Positions 13,200 through 24,874 are shown, counted from the first letter of the stretch. The stretch: DNA of 34,527 bases from Octopus bimaculoides (GCF_001194135.2 NC_068991.1:78777040-78811566); one strand, 5' to 3'. Notes: generated by a model from the sequence alone, not told the origin. Made by a program: numbers and translations.

Positions 13200-13375
13200 C
13201 AATTCCTACAAGGTCATCATCATACGATATATTTCAAGTTTCCGTTTCTCAAATTCACTCGATAGACTCTGGATTGCTCTGGCTTAAAGTAGAAGACATC
13301 TGCCTAAGATGACATGTGACAGGACCAGAAAGTATGAGGTTCAGAAGGAAGGTTGTAACCATACAACGAAACCTG
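13200..13375 (-). mobile_element. Degenerate SINE fragment
   Basis: Reverse complement contains ...ggcagatgtcttctacttt...gagtgaatttgagaaacggaaac, resembling a common SINE body. Recognised by pattern only. Confidence 0.5.
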
Positions 13376-13556
13376 TAACTTAAATAATGAAAAAGAAAAA
13401 CATCTCCGAAGATATTTACTCAGAGATGCCATCTACATGAATAAACAATATTCAAGTTACAGTTATTTTTGTTATCAAATTAGAAATACTTATGCGGTGA
13501 GGAAGAACATAAACCAACAACAACAACAATAATGATATAATGGGTGGCTTTGAGCT

Positions 13557-13888
13557 TGTTGTTGTTGGCACTCCGTCGGTTGCGACGACGAGCGTTCCAG
13601 TTGATCCGATCAACGGAACAGCCTGCTCGTGAAATTAACGTGCAAGTGGCTGAGCACTCCACAGACACGTGTACCCTTAACGTAGTTCTCGGGGATATTC
13701 AGCGTGACACAGAGTGTGACAAGGCTGACCCTATGAATTACAGGTACAACAGAAACAGGAAGTAAGAGTGAGAGAAAGTTGTGGTGGAAGAGTACAGCAG
13801 GGTTCGCCACCATCCCCCGCCCGGTCTGGGAATCGAAACCGCGATCCTACGACCGCTGCTCTAACCACTGGGCCATTGCGCCTCCACG
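13557..13888 (-). mobile_element. tRNA-derived SINE with internal deletions and (AAC)n tail
   Basis: Minus strand: gtggaggcgcaaTGGCCCAGTGGttagagc (A box)...GGTTTCGATTCCC (B box), ending ggagtgccaacaacaacaa. Confidence 0.85.
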
Positions 13889-14403
13889 TGGCTTTAAGCA
13901 TACACAACAGAAACAGCAACAGGATACAAGAGAATAACAGCAGAAACAACATTTGATGTGCGTGAATATCAGCTGCATTCGAAGTAAAATCATTAGTGTA
14001 TATTTTATTTAAAAATACTTCGTGTATAGAGTTATTAAAAGTAGATCTCTATGAACCAGTTACTTCTGCCTCTGCTTCATGTCGATGATACGTAAAATGT
14101 ATTGAATTTTCTGACACAGTTCAAATACCAAACGAAAATTCAAGTAATGACATGTTCTGTGATACGCACGTCTTTGTGTGTGCGTGCGCGCGCGTAAACA
14201 TGGTGGCATATAGTTTGTACATACATACATACATACATACATACACGCACAAACACATACACACACACATATTATTATTATTATTAGTAGTAGTAATATT
14301 GTTGTTGTTATTATTATTGATAAATAATAGTAATAATAATAATAACATTAGGGCCTTGCAAGCATAGAAATCAAAAAGGAAAATTTATGAATTCATGATC
14401 AAA

Positions 14404-14516
14404 GGTATAGGATAGTACCAGCGTTGCTAGAAATAAGAGACGAAAAAAGTGATATTGTGGCTTATTTGAGTATTTTCGGCTCTTCTTTCTATCGATGCTG
14501 GTACTTTCTTGTACCC
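14404..14516. repeat. Old short hairpin/MITE-like palindrome
   Basis: About 47-bp arms (14404-14450, 14469-14515) with roughly 10 mismatches. Confidence 0.6.
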
Positions 14517-15257
14517 TTGATTATAATTACATATATATATATATATATATANNNNNNNNNNNNNNNNNNNNNNNNNNNNNNNNNNNNNNNNNNNNNNNNN
14601 NNNNNNNNNNNNNNNNNNNNNNNNNNNNNNNNNNNNNNNNNNNNNNNNNNNNNNNNNNNNNNNNNNNNNNNNNNNNNNNNNNNNNNNNNNNNNNNNNNNN
14701 NNNNNNNNNNNNNNNNNNNNNNNNNNNNNNNNNNNNNNNNNNNNNNNNNNNNNNNNNNNNNNNNNNNNNNNNNNNNNNNNNNNNNNNNNNNNNNNNNNNN
14801 NNNNNNNNNNNNNNNNNNNNNNNNNNNNNNNNNNNNNNNNNNNNNNNNNNNNNNNNNNNNNNNNNNNNNNNNNNNNNNNNNNNNNNNNNNNNNNNNNNNN
14901 NNNNNNNNNNNNNNNNNNNNNNNNNNNNNNNNNNNNNNNNNNNNNNNNNNNNNNNNNNNNNNNNNNNNNNNNNNNNNNNNNNNNNNNNNNNNNNNNNNNN
15001 NNNNNNNNNNNNNNNNNNNNNNNNNNNNNNNNNNNNNNNNNNNNNNNNNNNNNNNNNNNNNNNNNNNNNNNNNNNNNNNNNNNNNNNNNNNNNNNNNNNN
15101 NNNNNNNNNNNNNNNNNNNNNNNNNNNNNNNNNNNNNNNNNNNNNNNNNNNNNNNNNNNNNNNNNNNNNNNNNNNNNNNNNNNNNNNNNNNNNNNNNNNN
15201 NNNNNNNNNNNNNNNNNNNNNNNNNNNNNNNNNNNNATATATATATATATACATATA

Positions 15258-15870
15258 CACGGCCTGATCAATAAGTATCTGGACTGTTAACATAGTAACG
15301 AAGCTAAAGCACTCAGAATGAAGCTGCTCAGCAAAGATTGATCTTGAACTCTGCTGTGCATATGCACTAAGTTTTAACATTGTAGTTCCCTTCCGCTGTT
15401 TACAACAGTGCTTGAAAGGAAGTTGTGTAGCGTGTGATCTTCGCATTGACCATGACAGGGAACACAAGTGTACGAGTGGTTCCGACGTTTCCAAGATGAC
15501 CGAAAAACAGTCGATGTTGACGAACATTCTGGGAAACTCGCAACCAGTAGAACTGGAAAAGACACCGCAAATGTGCGTCCAACTGTGAGGGGAAATCGTC
15601 GAATCACCATCTGTGAGTTATCAGAGGATATGTAGATTAGTTACAGTTTAGTTCAGTCCATTATTACTGAAGATTTGTGTATGAGACGCGTGTCTGCCAA
15701 GTTCGTGCCAAAACTGCTTTCAGCTGACCTAAAAAACACTCGGGTTTCGGTAGCATAAAATCTCTTTGATTATGTCGAGAACCATGAAAGCATTTCGAAA
15801 ACTTTGTGTTGACCTCTGAGCAGGTCTCGTCAAGATTTTGGCAAAGTTTGATGCAATAAGTTTGCAATTC
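15258..15870 (+). mobile_element. Rearranged mariner-type transposon relic
   Basis: TA + TIR-like cacggcctgatcaataagtatctggactg. The + strand frame TQVYEWFRRFQDDRKTVDVDEHSG...MRRVSAKFVPKLL (HTH region plus WVPxxL-like motif) has stops. The N-terminal segment QTYCIKLCQNLDETCSE is on the minus strand at about 15795-15867. Confidence 0.85.
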
Positions 15871-16400
15871 GAATTGCTTCGTACGTTATCAGGTGCACCA
15901 AAAAACCTTCATCAGTGTGAAAACAAATGTCCATAAGAAAAGCAAATTCTATCTGTACATTCTGTGAAATCGAGAAACTGAAATGTACTTTTGTAAACAC
16001 AAACGGCTGGCTCTGCTGTAGTCATCTCCTAAATTCTTCTCCTTGTGTTCGTTTAATATATTGGCGATAGAGTGGTCAGCGCATAACAATAAGGCAAACT
16101 CTCAGACAAACTGTAGTCAGAACGTGGCATCACTTTCAATTTCATGACAGTCTACTTTGGAAACACTGTTAAAGCTATTGCGAAAAGTATGACAATCATA
16201 AAGTGACATTATAAAAATAGCTGTGTACTTAGTCAGAGAGAAACATTTCTTCTTTAGTATGTTTTGTAATTCTGTTTTCATGTTGTTTCTATCTTTGACG
16301 GCATGTTGTCATTTGCGAATAGTGAATCACTGTAGTTTGTTTTGTATTTTGTTGCCTCTTCCTGTACGAAAAAAAAAGCGTTTTCCTTTTCTCGTGTTGC

Positions 16401-16467
<67 letters not shown>

Positions 16468-16472
<5 letters not shown>

Positions 16473-17460
16473 CACTCAACAGATTAGACTGTTAGAAAAG
16501 AAAAGAATCCTAATATCGGGCTACAGCAAGTAACCTTAGATGCCAAGAACCCTCCTAAGTATCCTTGCTGTCCCTAATAACACTGTTTTCTGGAGTTATA
16601 GTAAACTGGGTTTCATGCCTATTTCCTCTTTCCATCTCTTCAAATCTTTAGGGATGGTTCCTAATGCACCTATAACTACTGAGATACATTTTACCCACAC
16701 TTTCCATAGTCTCTGTAATTCAGTATAGCTGGGTCCTGGTTCTTTCCTATTTTTTCTATTCTTCTCAGATTAATTTTTCATCCTTTAGGACTGTAAAGTC
16801 AATTATGTGCTACTTTCTATTCTCTTTATCTACTACTACTAAATCAGGCTTTCTAGATTCTATCACTCTGTCAGCCTGAATGTTAAAGTCCCACAACATC
16901 TTGCCCTTCTTACTTTCTGCTGCTTTACTAAGTTCATGTTCATAACATTTATCAGTGTGTTCAAATCCTAGCTTTCTACATAACTCCCCGTGGATTACTC
17001 TCCCTAGATTGTCATGTCTTTTCTTGTATTCTTTCTGTGCCAGCATGCCACATTCACTTACTATATAAATTACGCTTTCCTCTTTTGATTTTCATAATCT
17101 ACATTGGGAATCTATTTGGTTTTTGTCTATCTTAGCTGTTATCCAATTAGTCCTTAATGCTTGATCTTATGCAGATACTAACAAACTTTCGGTCTCCCTC
17201 TTCAGCTTTCCCTTCTGCAGACATAATTATGTCTCACTACAACTGTTTGTTGAAACTATCTTTGGGATAAATTTTATCCCTGCTAAATTCCTCTTTTGAT
17301 TTTTAATTTTTCCTAAGAGTGCGGTACCTGAGTATAGATTTCTCCATTTCTCTGCTCAAATGCTATGGTGTTTAACTTAACTTTTCATCCTTCTGGGATC
17401 GATAAACTTAAAATGCCAATCGAATCCTGAAGTCATTGTTATCGACGAGTTCTCTATCCT
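16468..17460 (-). mobile_element. 5'-truncated R4/Dong-like non-LTR retrotransposon (RLE endonuclease) with (TAA)n tail
   Basis: Degenerate CCHC region (CRL*KSKEESVIYIVSEC), then KKRHDNLGRVIH..., LWDFNIQADRVIESRKPDLVVVD, VVIGALGTIP and LQKTVLLGTARILRRVL. (TTA)n at 16402-16470 is the 3' tail. Confidence 0.9.
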
Positions 17461-17597
17461 TAAAAATTACTGAGCTTTGCCAAAATAACCCACCATATTA
17501 TCATCAGGAATCATTATTATTAATAGAGAAATCATTATTACTGACAACCGGCCGGGTATGTTCTTCATTTCTGTTTTTTTCTTACTTTTTTTCACAG

Positions 17598-17683
17598 CGT
17601 TCCCTGTAACCATGGCGACTGTTCCAGTGATGGCAGCTGCTTATGCCAACCTTGTTGGAGAGGTGCATTCTGCGATATATTCG
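17598..17683 (+). CDS. Coding exon 3, EGF-like domain
   Basis: Long polypyrimidine tract ending cacag|, donor |gtaaat. Phase 2-1. Encodes (S)VPCNHGDCSSDGSCLCQPCWRGAFCDIF(V) with the EGF C-x-C-x3-W-x-G-x2-C pattern. The ORF track shows this region in a different frame. Confidence 0.85.
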
Positions 17684-18731
17684 GTAAATAAACTTTCAAC
17701 TTCTTTACAAAATAAACAAACGCTTGAATTACCTCATACACGACTGGCTCAGTGTGTGCTAACCTAAATGGTCTTTACATAACACTACATGTTGGTAGCA
17801 TTAAGAGATTGTGTTGTGGACTAAAAGAGTCTCAGGGTGCTTGTCTCGCCCGACTTAGACCTACGTCGTAGATCCCTTTCTAGTCAACTACAAACATTGA
17901 TAAATTAATACGGGTATTAATAAGTATCAATAATGATAGTAGGCAGCTGAAGAAGTGGAGCCGATGTGCAGCAGCAACAATCTCGTTCCTCAAACCTGAG
18001 ATTTGAACCCCAGATGCCCGCTTTTGTTGCTTTTGCGGTGTTGCTTATTATGCATTTTATTTAATTCTTTTTAAGTTTCGATAAGGTGATGTTGATGTGA
18101 TTTTCCGCGAAAATATATGTTGTGCTTCAGCTTTCTTTGAACTACTTGATTCATTTAGAAACTGGAACTTAATGTCTATTGTTCTCAGGGGTAGGTAGGG
18201 TTTGGTAATTAAATCTGAAAGTCCAAATAGCGTTATTTATTCAGTGGCGATCAGCCACAGATCAACCTCCCCAACTATAGCTCTTGCTATGACACATTTT
18301 CTCATTGCATATTCTATATCACTAACCTTTTCAATCGACAAGGATAACACGAAAATCACCTTTCATTTCTCTCTTCTATGTCAAGCTATAATCGTATAAT
18401 GCCGAATACCTGGACAATCCAACCTAACAAACATTGTGTCATACGACGAATGAGATTTTTCAAATACCCCTTGACTGCTAATTCTAGTAAAACCGAAAGC
18501 TTTCTCAACATAATCTCCTCGTCCTTTTATATATCTAGGACCACACTCTTCAACTTATTATTCCTGTTTCGTGAATTGCTGTGTAATTTGACAGGAAATG
18601 GCTGCTATTTCTACGTGAGGGGTCACATGAACCCCACTAAAAAAACTCGTATATAATGATACATACATAACATTATATATTGCTAATTCCGTAGCTTCAT
18701 TGATGCTACATTCTTTTTTCTTCATTTACAG

Positions 18732-18981
18732 TGAATACTTATGAACCGACCTTTGATCAATTTGAACAAGACATTGTGACCGATATAGATGGAAAATGGA
18801 TACAGCAAGTTCAAGCTACCGACCAAGATTTCGAAACAACATGCAGCAGTCAACTGCCATGTGATTGTGCTAATATAAGCTACAGCATCCTGAATGGCAA
18901 TCTGGAATCGACGTTTATGATTGATCCCGACACCGGCATCATCTCCTTGGTAAATGGAGCAAGACGATCCAAAGATACTAG
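18732..18981 (+). CDS. Coding exon 4, cadherin repeat (N-terminal part)
   Basis: Acceptor ttcatttacag|, donor AG|gtaagg. Phase 1-2. Encodes VNTYEPTF...VQATDQD...YSILNGN...FMIDPDTGIISL, showing the cadherin PxF, AxDxD, YxIxxGN and FxIDxxTGxI motifs. Confidence 0.92.
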
Positions 18982-19550
18982 GTAAGGTGCTACACGTCTG
19001 CCTTCATTTCATGTACAGATATATCTCGGACAGAAAAGAAAAACAAAAACAAAATTATACCACATTAACACACGCACACGCACGCACACAAAGGCACACA
19101 TATAATCGCACTCTGTATGCTCGATCAGAAATGGCCTGTAGCTAAGCAACTTAAGATAATAAGAGCAACAACAACAATTTGCAGTATTTAGTTCCGCCTC
19201 TTTGCATTATGAATTTGAAAAAATCATCGAACTCGAACAAACCATTCTACCATCCGAGAAAGCTATTTATCCACTACACCACATCAGTAGATTTTGTGGG
19301 TTTGTGCATGCGCTGGGGAGTGTTTGTGCAACTCGGGCGGAATAAATATTACATGGAATTTTTTTTTACGTGCTGATTAAAATATACAATAATATTCATC
19401 AGACAAACATATAAATATACACGCGGGTACAAACACAATATGTGTGCGAGTGCTGGTATGTGTGTACGCGCGCGCGAACACACACACATATATACATATA
19501 AATATCTATATATCTATTTCCCTCTCCCTCTCTTTCTTTCTCTCTCTCTC

Positions 19551-19640
<90 letters not shown>

Positions 19641-19959
19641 CACGCACACACACGCTCAAATACACACATACACTCACATACATATATGTATGTATATATA
19701 TATATATATATATAAATGTAAATATCTATTCATCTATTCTCCCTCTCTCTCTGTCTCCGTCTCTGTGTGTGTGTGTCTGTGTGCGTGTATGTGTGTAATT
19801 TGTTCTGGATTCGTCTACCCTTTGAAGGGTCATATTTTCCACATCCCGCAGGATGCACAAAGCCTCTCTACTCACCAAGCAGGCTTGGTAGCGTTGCCGG
19901 TTTAGGCATTGTTGATAACGTGAATCGGGTTGTGCTGAGTTACATGTTAACAGTAGCAC

Positions 19960-20118
19960 TCAATAACGACACTTGTGGAGATTCCGTATAGTTTTAATGC
20001 TGCAAAGTTGAGAAGACATTGGTGAAATCTAGGCTGTACCTGGTGTCAAGCAGTGGAATCGATCTTGGGATGCCATGTAGTTGAAAAGCGAATTCCTTAA
20101 CTAAACAACCATAGCTAC
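19960..20118 (-). mobile_element. Degenerate SINE 5' portion
   Basis: Minus strand shows a tRNA-like head (tggttgtttagttaagg...aagatcgattccactgc). Pattern recognition only. Confidence 0.45.
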
Positions 20119-20204
20119 ACTATCATATCATGAAATCATATTAAAAGACAATCTATATCATTCTTTGAAATATTTGACCTTTCGCCAACGGTGTCTTTCG
20201 CTAG

Positions 20205-20358
20205 GTACCACCTTGAAATAGCAGCCAGAAATCCCAACAAAGAATATGGAGATGTTTCCAGGGAAACGTCCTCAGTAACTGCCCTTCACATTCTCTTACC
20301 AGGCAAGAAAGAAAATAACGAAAATCAACCTGAACATCATCTATCACGTCGTAAAAGG
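20205..20358 (+). CDS. Coding exon 5, end of cadherin repeat plus linker ending in furin site
   Basis: Acceptor ctttcgctag|, donor AGG|gtaagc. Phase 2-0. Encodes (R)YHLEIAARNP...ALHILLPGKKENNENQPEHHLSRRKR. YxLxIxAxN is the cadherin F-strand. Confidence 0.85.
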
Positions 20359-20835
20359 GTAAGCAATCCAGAATTTGCATTCTGTATATATCCGTCACCC
20401 TTTAGGCTTTCAAATATGAAACATATTTTAATGTTTCACGCCATAAGAGGGTAAACAGTCCAGAATCTGAATGCCATATATATATCCATCTCCCACTACC
20501 TTTTAAATATAGAACGTGTTTGAATATTGCTTCAATGGGTAACTTCCTTGTCAAGGAGTTTGTTCAAGAAGACATGACCTAACATCTCTAACAACGTGAT
20601 ACCAATGTACGGGCGCAAGCTTTTTTGCTAGTAGAATACAAACGGAGAGGTTAATGCTTAAATATATCCTCTTACCACCATCCCGATTTTGTACACGTGG
20701 TCAAAGCCCTTCACTCCTTCACTCACAACAGCAGGCTCCATGGAACTAACACTCAAAGGGGATTTGGTAACTGCCATAAACAGCTGCAGTACTGTAAAAC
20801 TGACGAGCGGTCAGTTACCTAAGATTATAATCCTT

Positions 20836-21000
20836 TCTTATTTTGGCACAAGGCCAGCAATTTTGAGATGTAGAAAAGTTGATTACATCAACCACATTCT
20901 CGACTGATGTTATCGACCCCGAAAGGATGAAAGGCAAAGTCGATCGCGTCAACATTTGAACTCAGATCGTAAAGTTGGAAAGAATGTCGCTAAGCCTTAA
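20836..21000 (-). mobile_element. SINE, same family as 6234-6438
   Basis: atcgaccccgaaaggatgaaaggcaaagtcga...tttgaactcaga is the reverse complement of the 6234 copy body. Confidence 0.75.
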
Positions 21001-21104
21001 CATAAGTTATTGAAACGATTGATGAAAATTACCCAGAGGCGCCACCTGTACGAAAACAATGAAACAAGTTAGCGCCATATTTAAAGTAGCGAGAAGCTCA
21101 TTAG

Positions 21105-21200
21105 GTAGAGACTAGAGTGTAAGGTTCATTATAGTAAAGTCGTGGGTTCGTTTCTTGGATTGGGAAACGAGTTATGTCCTTGAATAAGGCACTTCATTTC
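21105..21200 (+). mobile_element. SINE head fragment
   Basis: gtgggttcgtttcttgg (B-box-like) followed by tgtccttgaataaggcacttcatttc. Confidence 0.5.
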
Positions 21201-21539
21201 CTATCCCTTCAACTAACATTTTAACCACGTAATAAATATAATGTTCTCCTTACTTCACATCCTTAACACTTCTCTCCCTCTTTCTTTTTCTCTTTCTCTC
21301 TCTCGCTCTTTGCCTTTCCTGTCAACTAATCACGTGACAGCGTAACGCATTTCGACCTTAGCACACTAATTTATATTAGATGAGGTGAAGAGCAGAAAAC
21401 ATTAGCTCAATGACTAATATTATTTTAATCTGATTTCTGTGAGTACAAGCAACAACTACTGGTATGTTTCGGTTTTAAAACGGTATGTGTTTATTAAAAT
21501 ACAGATTATATAAATATTTATCTTTATGCTAATAATTCT

Positions 21540-22620
21540 TTCTCATCGCATCGATATTATCGATTAGACCAACTGCAATCGCAACCTCCTCAACTGGTTT
21601 TCTGTCATATCTGGACATTCACAACTTCCGTTCACCATGAACGGAAAATCCGTATCTACTGTCGGCTCTCACAAAGACTAGCTTTTGGTCCTCAAATAAT
21701 CCTTTACTCTCTACTCTTCATCTCAACTCAACACCACAACCTTTCTTCGTCTATCCGAACTTATTTTTACTCTCACCTGCCTCTCCTTCCCCGGCGTGTT
21801 TTATCAATAAACTACTATTGTGGACCCGGGGACAGAGATTGGTTTCGTTTGCTCAGTTCATCGAGCTTTCCCTAAACTTCTCCGTCGCTACATTGTCGCT
21901 GGTGTTTCATGTAGAGACCAAAGTCCTGTTGCTGAGATTGCTTTCCTCTACAATTTCCACTCATCTTTGGAATATATCTGTACTGCCATCGATAGCTCCA
22001 GTTACCTTCCTCGATATCCCCACCATTATTGATAACCCACACGTTTCCATCTCACTTCATTATAAACATATCCGCTCACCCTTCCATCTCAATTCTTTCT
22101 CTTCTCGTCCAAACTAAAACTGACATCTTTCAACCTTTTCGATGATGTCGTAACAACTTGGATTTTCTTTCAAACTCTTTGGAAATGCAGTATTACTTCC
22201 TAACACGCCGTTACCCTGTAGCATTAGTCAACTCTGCGCTCTGTACTCCAGCGAGCCCAGGCCATTAATAAAAATTTGGCACTTTCGCACCAAGTTCGTA
22301 CTCGCAAAAACAAATTTCTTTTGCCGCAGATCCTTCACCTGTCCGCCTCGCCTCTTCAACTAATTATCCTCCGCAACTTCCATTTCTTTCCATTTAAATT
22401 CTTATGATTTCCTCATCTAATTCTCCTTTCCTTCAAAGGTTGCGTAACCTGCAAAACTCTTGTGTTAGATGCTCCCACTTCTGGATATATTCATGCCCTC
22501 ACTTTAAATATTCGTCTCTAATAGTATTCTCCCAGTTGCTCATAAAATTCATTTTCGTGCCTTTCCCAAGTGTGATTGTATCTCTACAACCCACATATAC
22601 AGCGTATCCATATCGCTGTC
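21540..22620 (+). mobile_element. Degenerate Penelope-like element RT fragment
   Basis: Frameshifted motifs: FLRLSELIFTLTCLSF, PKLLRRYIVAG (RYIDD-like), FLYNFHSSLEY, VTFLDI, SISLHYK. The order matches PLE reverse transcriptase. Confidence 0.65.
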
Positions 22621-23319
22621 TATTTTAATGAAACAAAAATTAATTTTAAAAATGAAAGGTTAGTAAAACTATATAGTTTTAAGTGAAGGATTCGATGTGA
22701 CGGTCGTCGGTATTCTTGCATAGCTCAAATGGTTTAGTAGCATTCCGAAACACATCATGAAGCATTTGCATAATTACTTTATCTGCTGGTGTTCCGTATT
22801 ACCATTGATCAACTCCGACCTTTTCTGCTTCCGTTCTCTGCCGTGTTCATCACATTCCAGTGAGATCAACAAGTGTTGAAACACAATCATTGTAGGGAGG
22901 ATGCGTGGATGATGGATTTTCCACTTAATTCTATTAAGACCTTCTGCAATCAAACTAATTATCAAGGCATTCTTGTCAAGACCAAACAATAAATCTATAA
23001 ATTAGATTATCGAATGACCCCTACCTATTTTTAAAGATGATATGATGGGATATCATGGAAATTTTGCTGTAATTTCTCAGACAACGACTGACCATATACA
23101 GGCTACCTCGTCTAGTTTCTCTGGAAAGCCTCGCGTGTTACAAAGAACGAACTAATAACTATAAAACAAAACAATAATGTCTTCGGAATTATTTAAAAAA
23201 AATTAATTTAATTATCGATATATTTTTCAATGAAAGTAACCACTACAAATATACATTTTGGAAATAAAAAGCGAAAATAGAAGTAAAATCAATGGTTGAT
23301 ATGTATATTTTGATATATA

Positions 23320-23369
<50 letters not shown>

Positions 23370-23499
23370 CAGCTACAGGTATGTTTCAAATGCTAAATTT
23401 GTAGAAGAGAAAATGCCGCACATCTGGACGTGTTACGTCAAATCATTTGTTTATATTTTTAATCATTTAATTACTTAATATTTTTTTCTCTACTTCTAG

Positions 23500-23772
23500 T
23501 TTGCACCCGCAAACCCCATACCAGCAAACACCACTTTTGAACTGAAGCAGGTGGGTCCGGCAACGACACATGTTGAAAAAGGTATGGCGCTTGCCTTTGA
23601 ACTCTACCTACATTTCGCAGTAGGGACTACTGATTTGTTGGTGGAAATCTTCACACCGGTTAACCAAACTGAAGTGTTCACATTGTGTAACCCTGCCATT
23701 GACCATGTCGGTTCTAATATCGAATTTGATAAGAAACCACCTACAATAGACAAGAGTGAATCAACGGGTGTG
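23500..23772 (+). CDS. Coding exon 6, first half of tandem repeat R1
   Basis: Acceptor tttttctctacttctag|, donor GTG|gtaaga. Phase 0-0, 91 open codons FAPANPIPANTTFELKQVGP...SESTGV. Confidence 0.9.
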
Positions 23773-24254
23773 GTAAGAATTTGACAATTCTATACTTTTA
23801 TAGTGTTTCCTTGTATGTATTTGGTGAGGTTATTTCTCCTTGATGCCCCAATAGACATTTTAATGTATGTGTGTGTGTATGTATATATATGTATGTATAT
23901 ATATTTTAATTTCAATATTTATATTTGCATGTCTGGGCAGCACATATATGTATGAGTGTCTGTGCATCAGTGTACCCGAGCTTGTGTACATGTATAAATA
24001 TTATAAAAAGCAACTGTTAAACCAGCCGGCTTAATTGGACAGCTACCACTGTTAATCGAATAAAAAGAACTGCCACACAGTCAATGTGAATACCCGCTAA
24101 AATTTAGTCTGCATACAGAGGAAAATTGTAAAACTGCTTAAGTATTCCTGAATAAATTATTTTGAAGTTTATTTTCAACATATTTTCTTTCTTCATATTT
24201 ATAACCACGTGAAAAACAAAACAAAAAAACCCCTGCGTTTTTGTATATGTATGT

Positions 24255-24470
24255 GTATGCCACCTCCTACGAACAGAATAGGATCACAGGAGCACAAAGA
24301 AAACGTGAGTTGCGCAAGTCCAAGCCATCTCCTTGCCTTCATTCCCACCTGACCTGCGGTAGAATTTTACGAGTATGCTTCGATCTGGTTCGGCATACTC
24401 GGATGCACTATGACCCATCTTCTTCTCCCATGTGATGCCTTCGTTATCGTCGACAACAATGGATGGACAT
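24255..24470 (+). mobile_element. RTE-clade LINE 3' end with (AAT)n tail
   Basis: SYEQNRITGAQRKRELRK...LTCGRILRVCFDLVRHTRMH resembles the C-terminal C2H2-like motif of RTE/BovB-type elements. It is followed by atggatggac and (AAT)n at 24472-24527. Confidence 0.65.
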
Positions 24471-24551
24471 TTATAATAATAATAATAATAATGGTAATAA
24501 TAATAATAATAATGATAATAATAATAATTATTATTATTATCATTATTATTA

Positions 24552-24865
24552 TTTTCTCTTTATCACAGTTGTTGTCGGAGCTCCTGGAGTCCTGCATGCG
24601 TAGCGGGTTTACTACCTGTAGCCTACGGTACCATGCTATTCGTTCTTTTCAGCTATTTAATACTCCCCTGATTATTCTGGCCGTGCCAAGGAGGCAAACG
24701 TTTTGTAACAGTTCTACTGGGCACTCTATTCCAATTTCCTTTATGTTCTTCTTGATGCCTTCTGATACTGTTCCCAAAGACCAAATAAGAGTTGGCACTA
24801 CTTTACCCTTCTTCATTTTCCATAGCCGGGCTATTTCGTACTTAAGAGGGTTGTATCATTTTTAA
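24552..24865 (-). mobile_element. R4/Dong-like LINE 3' fragment 1
   Basis: YNPLKYEIARLWKMKKGKVVPTLIWSLGTVSEGIKKNIKEIGIECPVELLQNVCLLGTARIIRGVL*, then a 3' UTR and a (TAA)n tail. Confidence 0.85.
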
Positions 24866-24874
24866 TATTTACTT

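Noticed and set aside
13544-13765. 73-aa + strand ORF with an apparent AG acceptor at 13600 and GT donor near 13745, looking like an exon
   Set aside because: It lies entirely within a minus-strand tRNA-derived SINE whose body recurs at 1535-1620. The gene model is complete in phase without it.
13830-13888. tRNA gene on the minus strand
   Set aside because: A and B boxes are present but there is no complete cloverleaf, and it continues into a SINE body and tail.
17558-17767. ORF-track protein MFFISVFF...VTMATVPVMAAAYANLV, resembling a signal peptide or TM segment
   Set aside because: Wrong frame. The hydrophobic start is the polypyrimidine tract, and the spliced frame encodes the EGF domain.
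18950-18955. Alternative donor TTG|gtaaat in exon 4 that would splice directly to exon 6
   Set aside because: AG|gtaagg at 18981 is a better consensus and is needed to include exon 5, which completes the cadherin fold. Minor use cannot be excluded.
22774-22989. 71-aa minus-strand ORF
   Set aside because: No recognisable motif in any frame and no splice context. Probably decayed repeat sequence.
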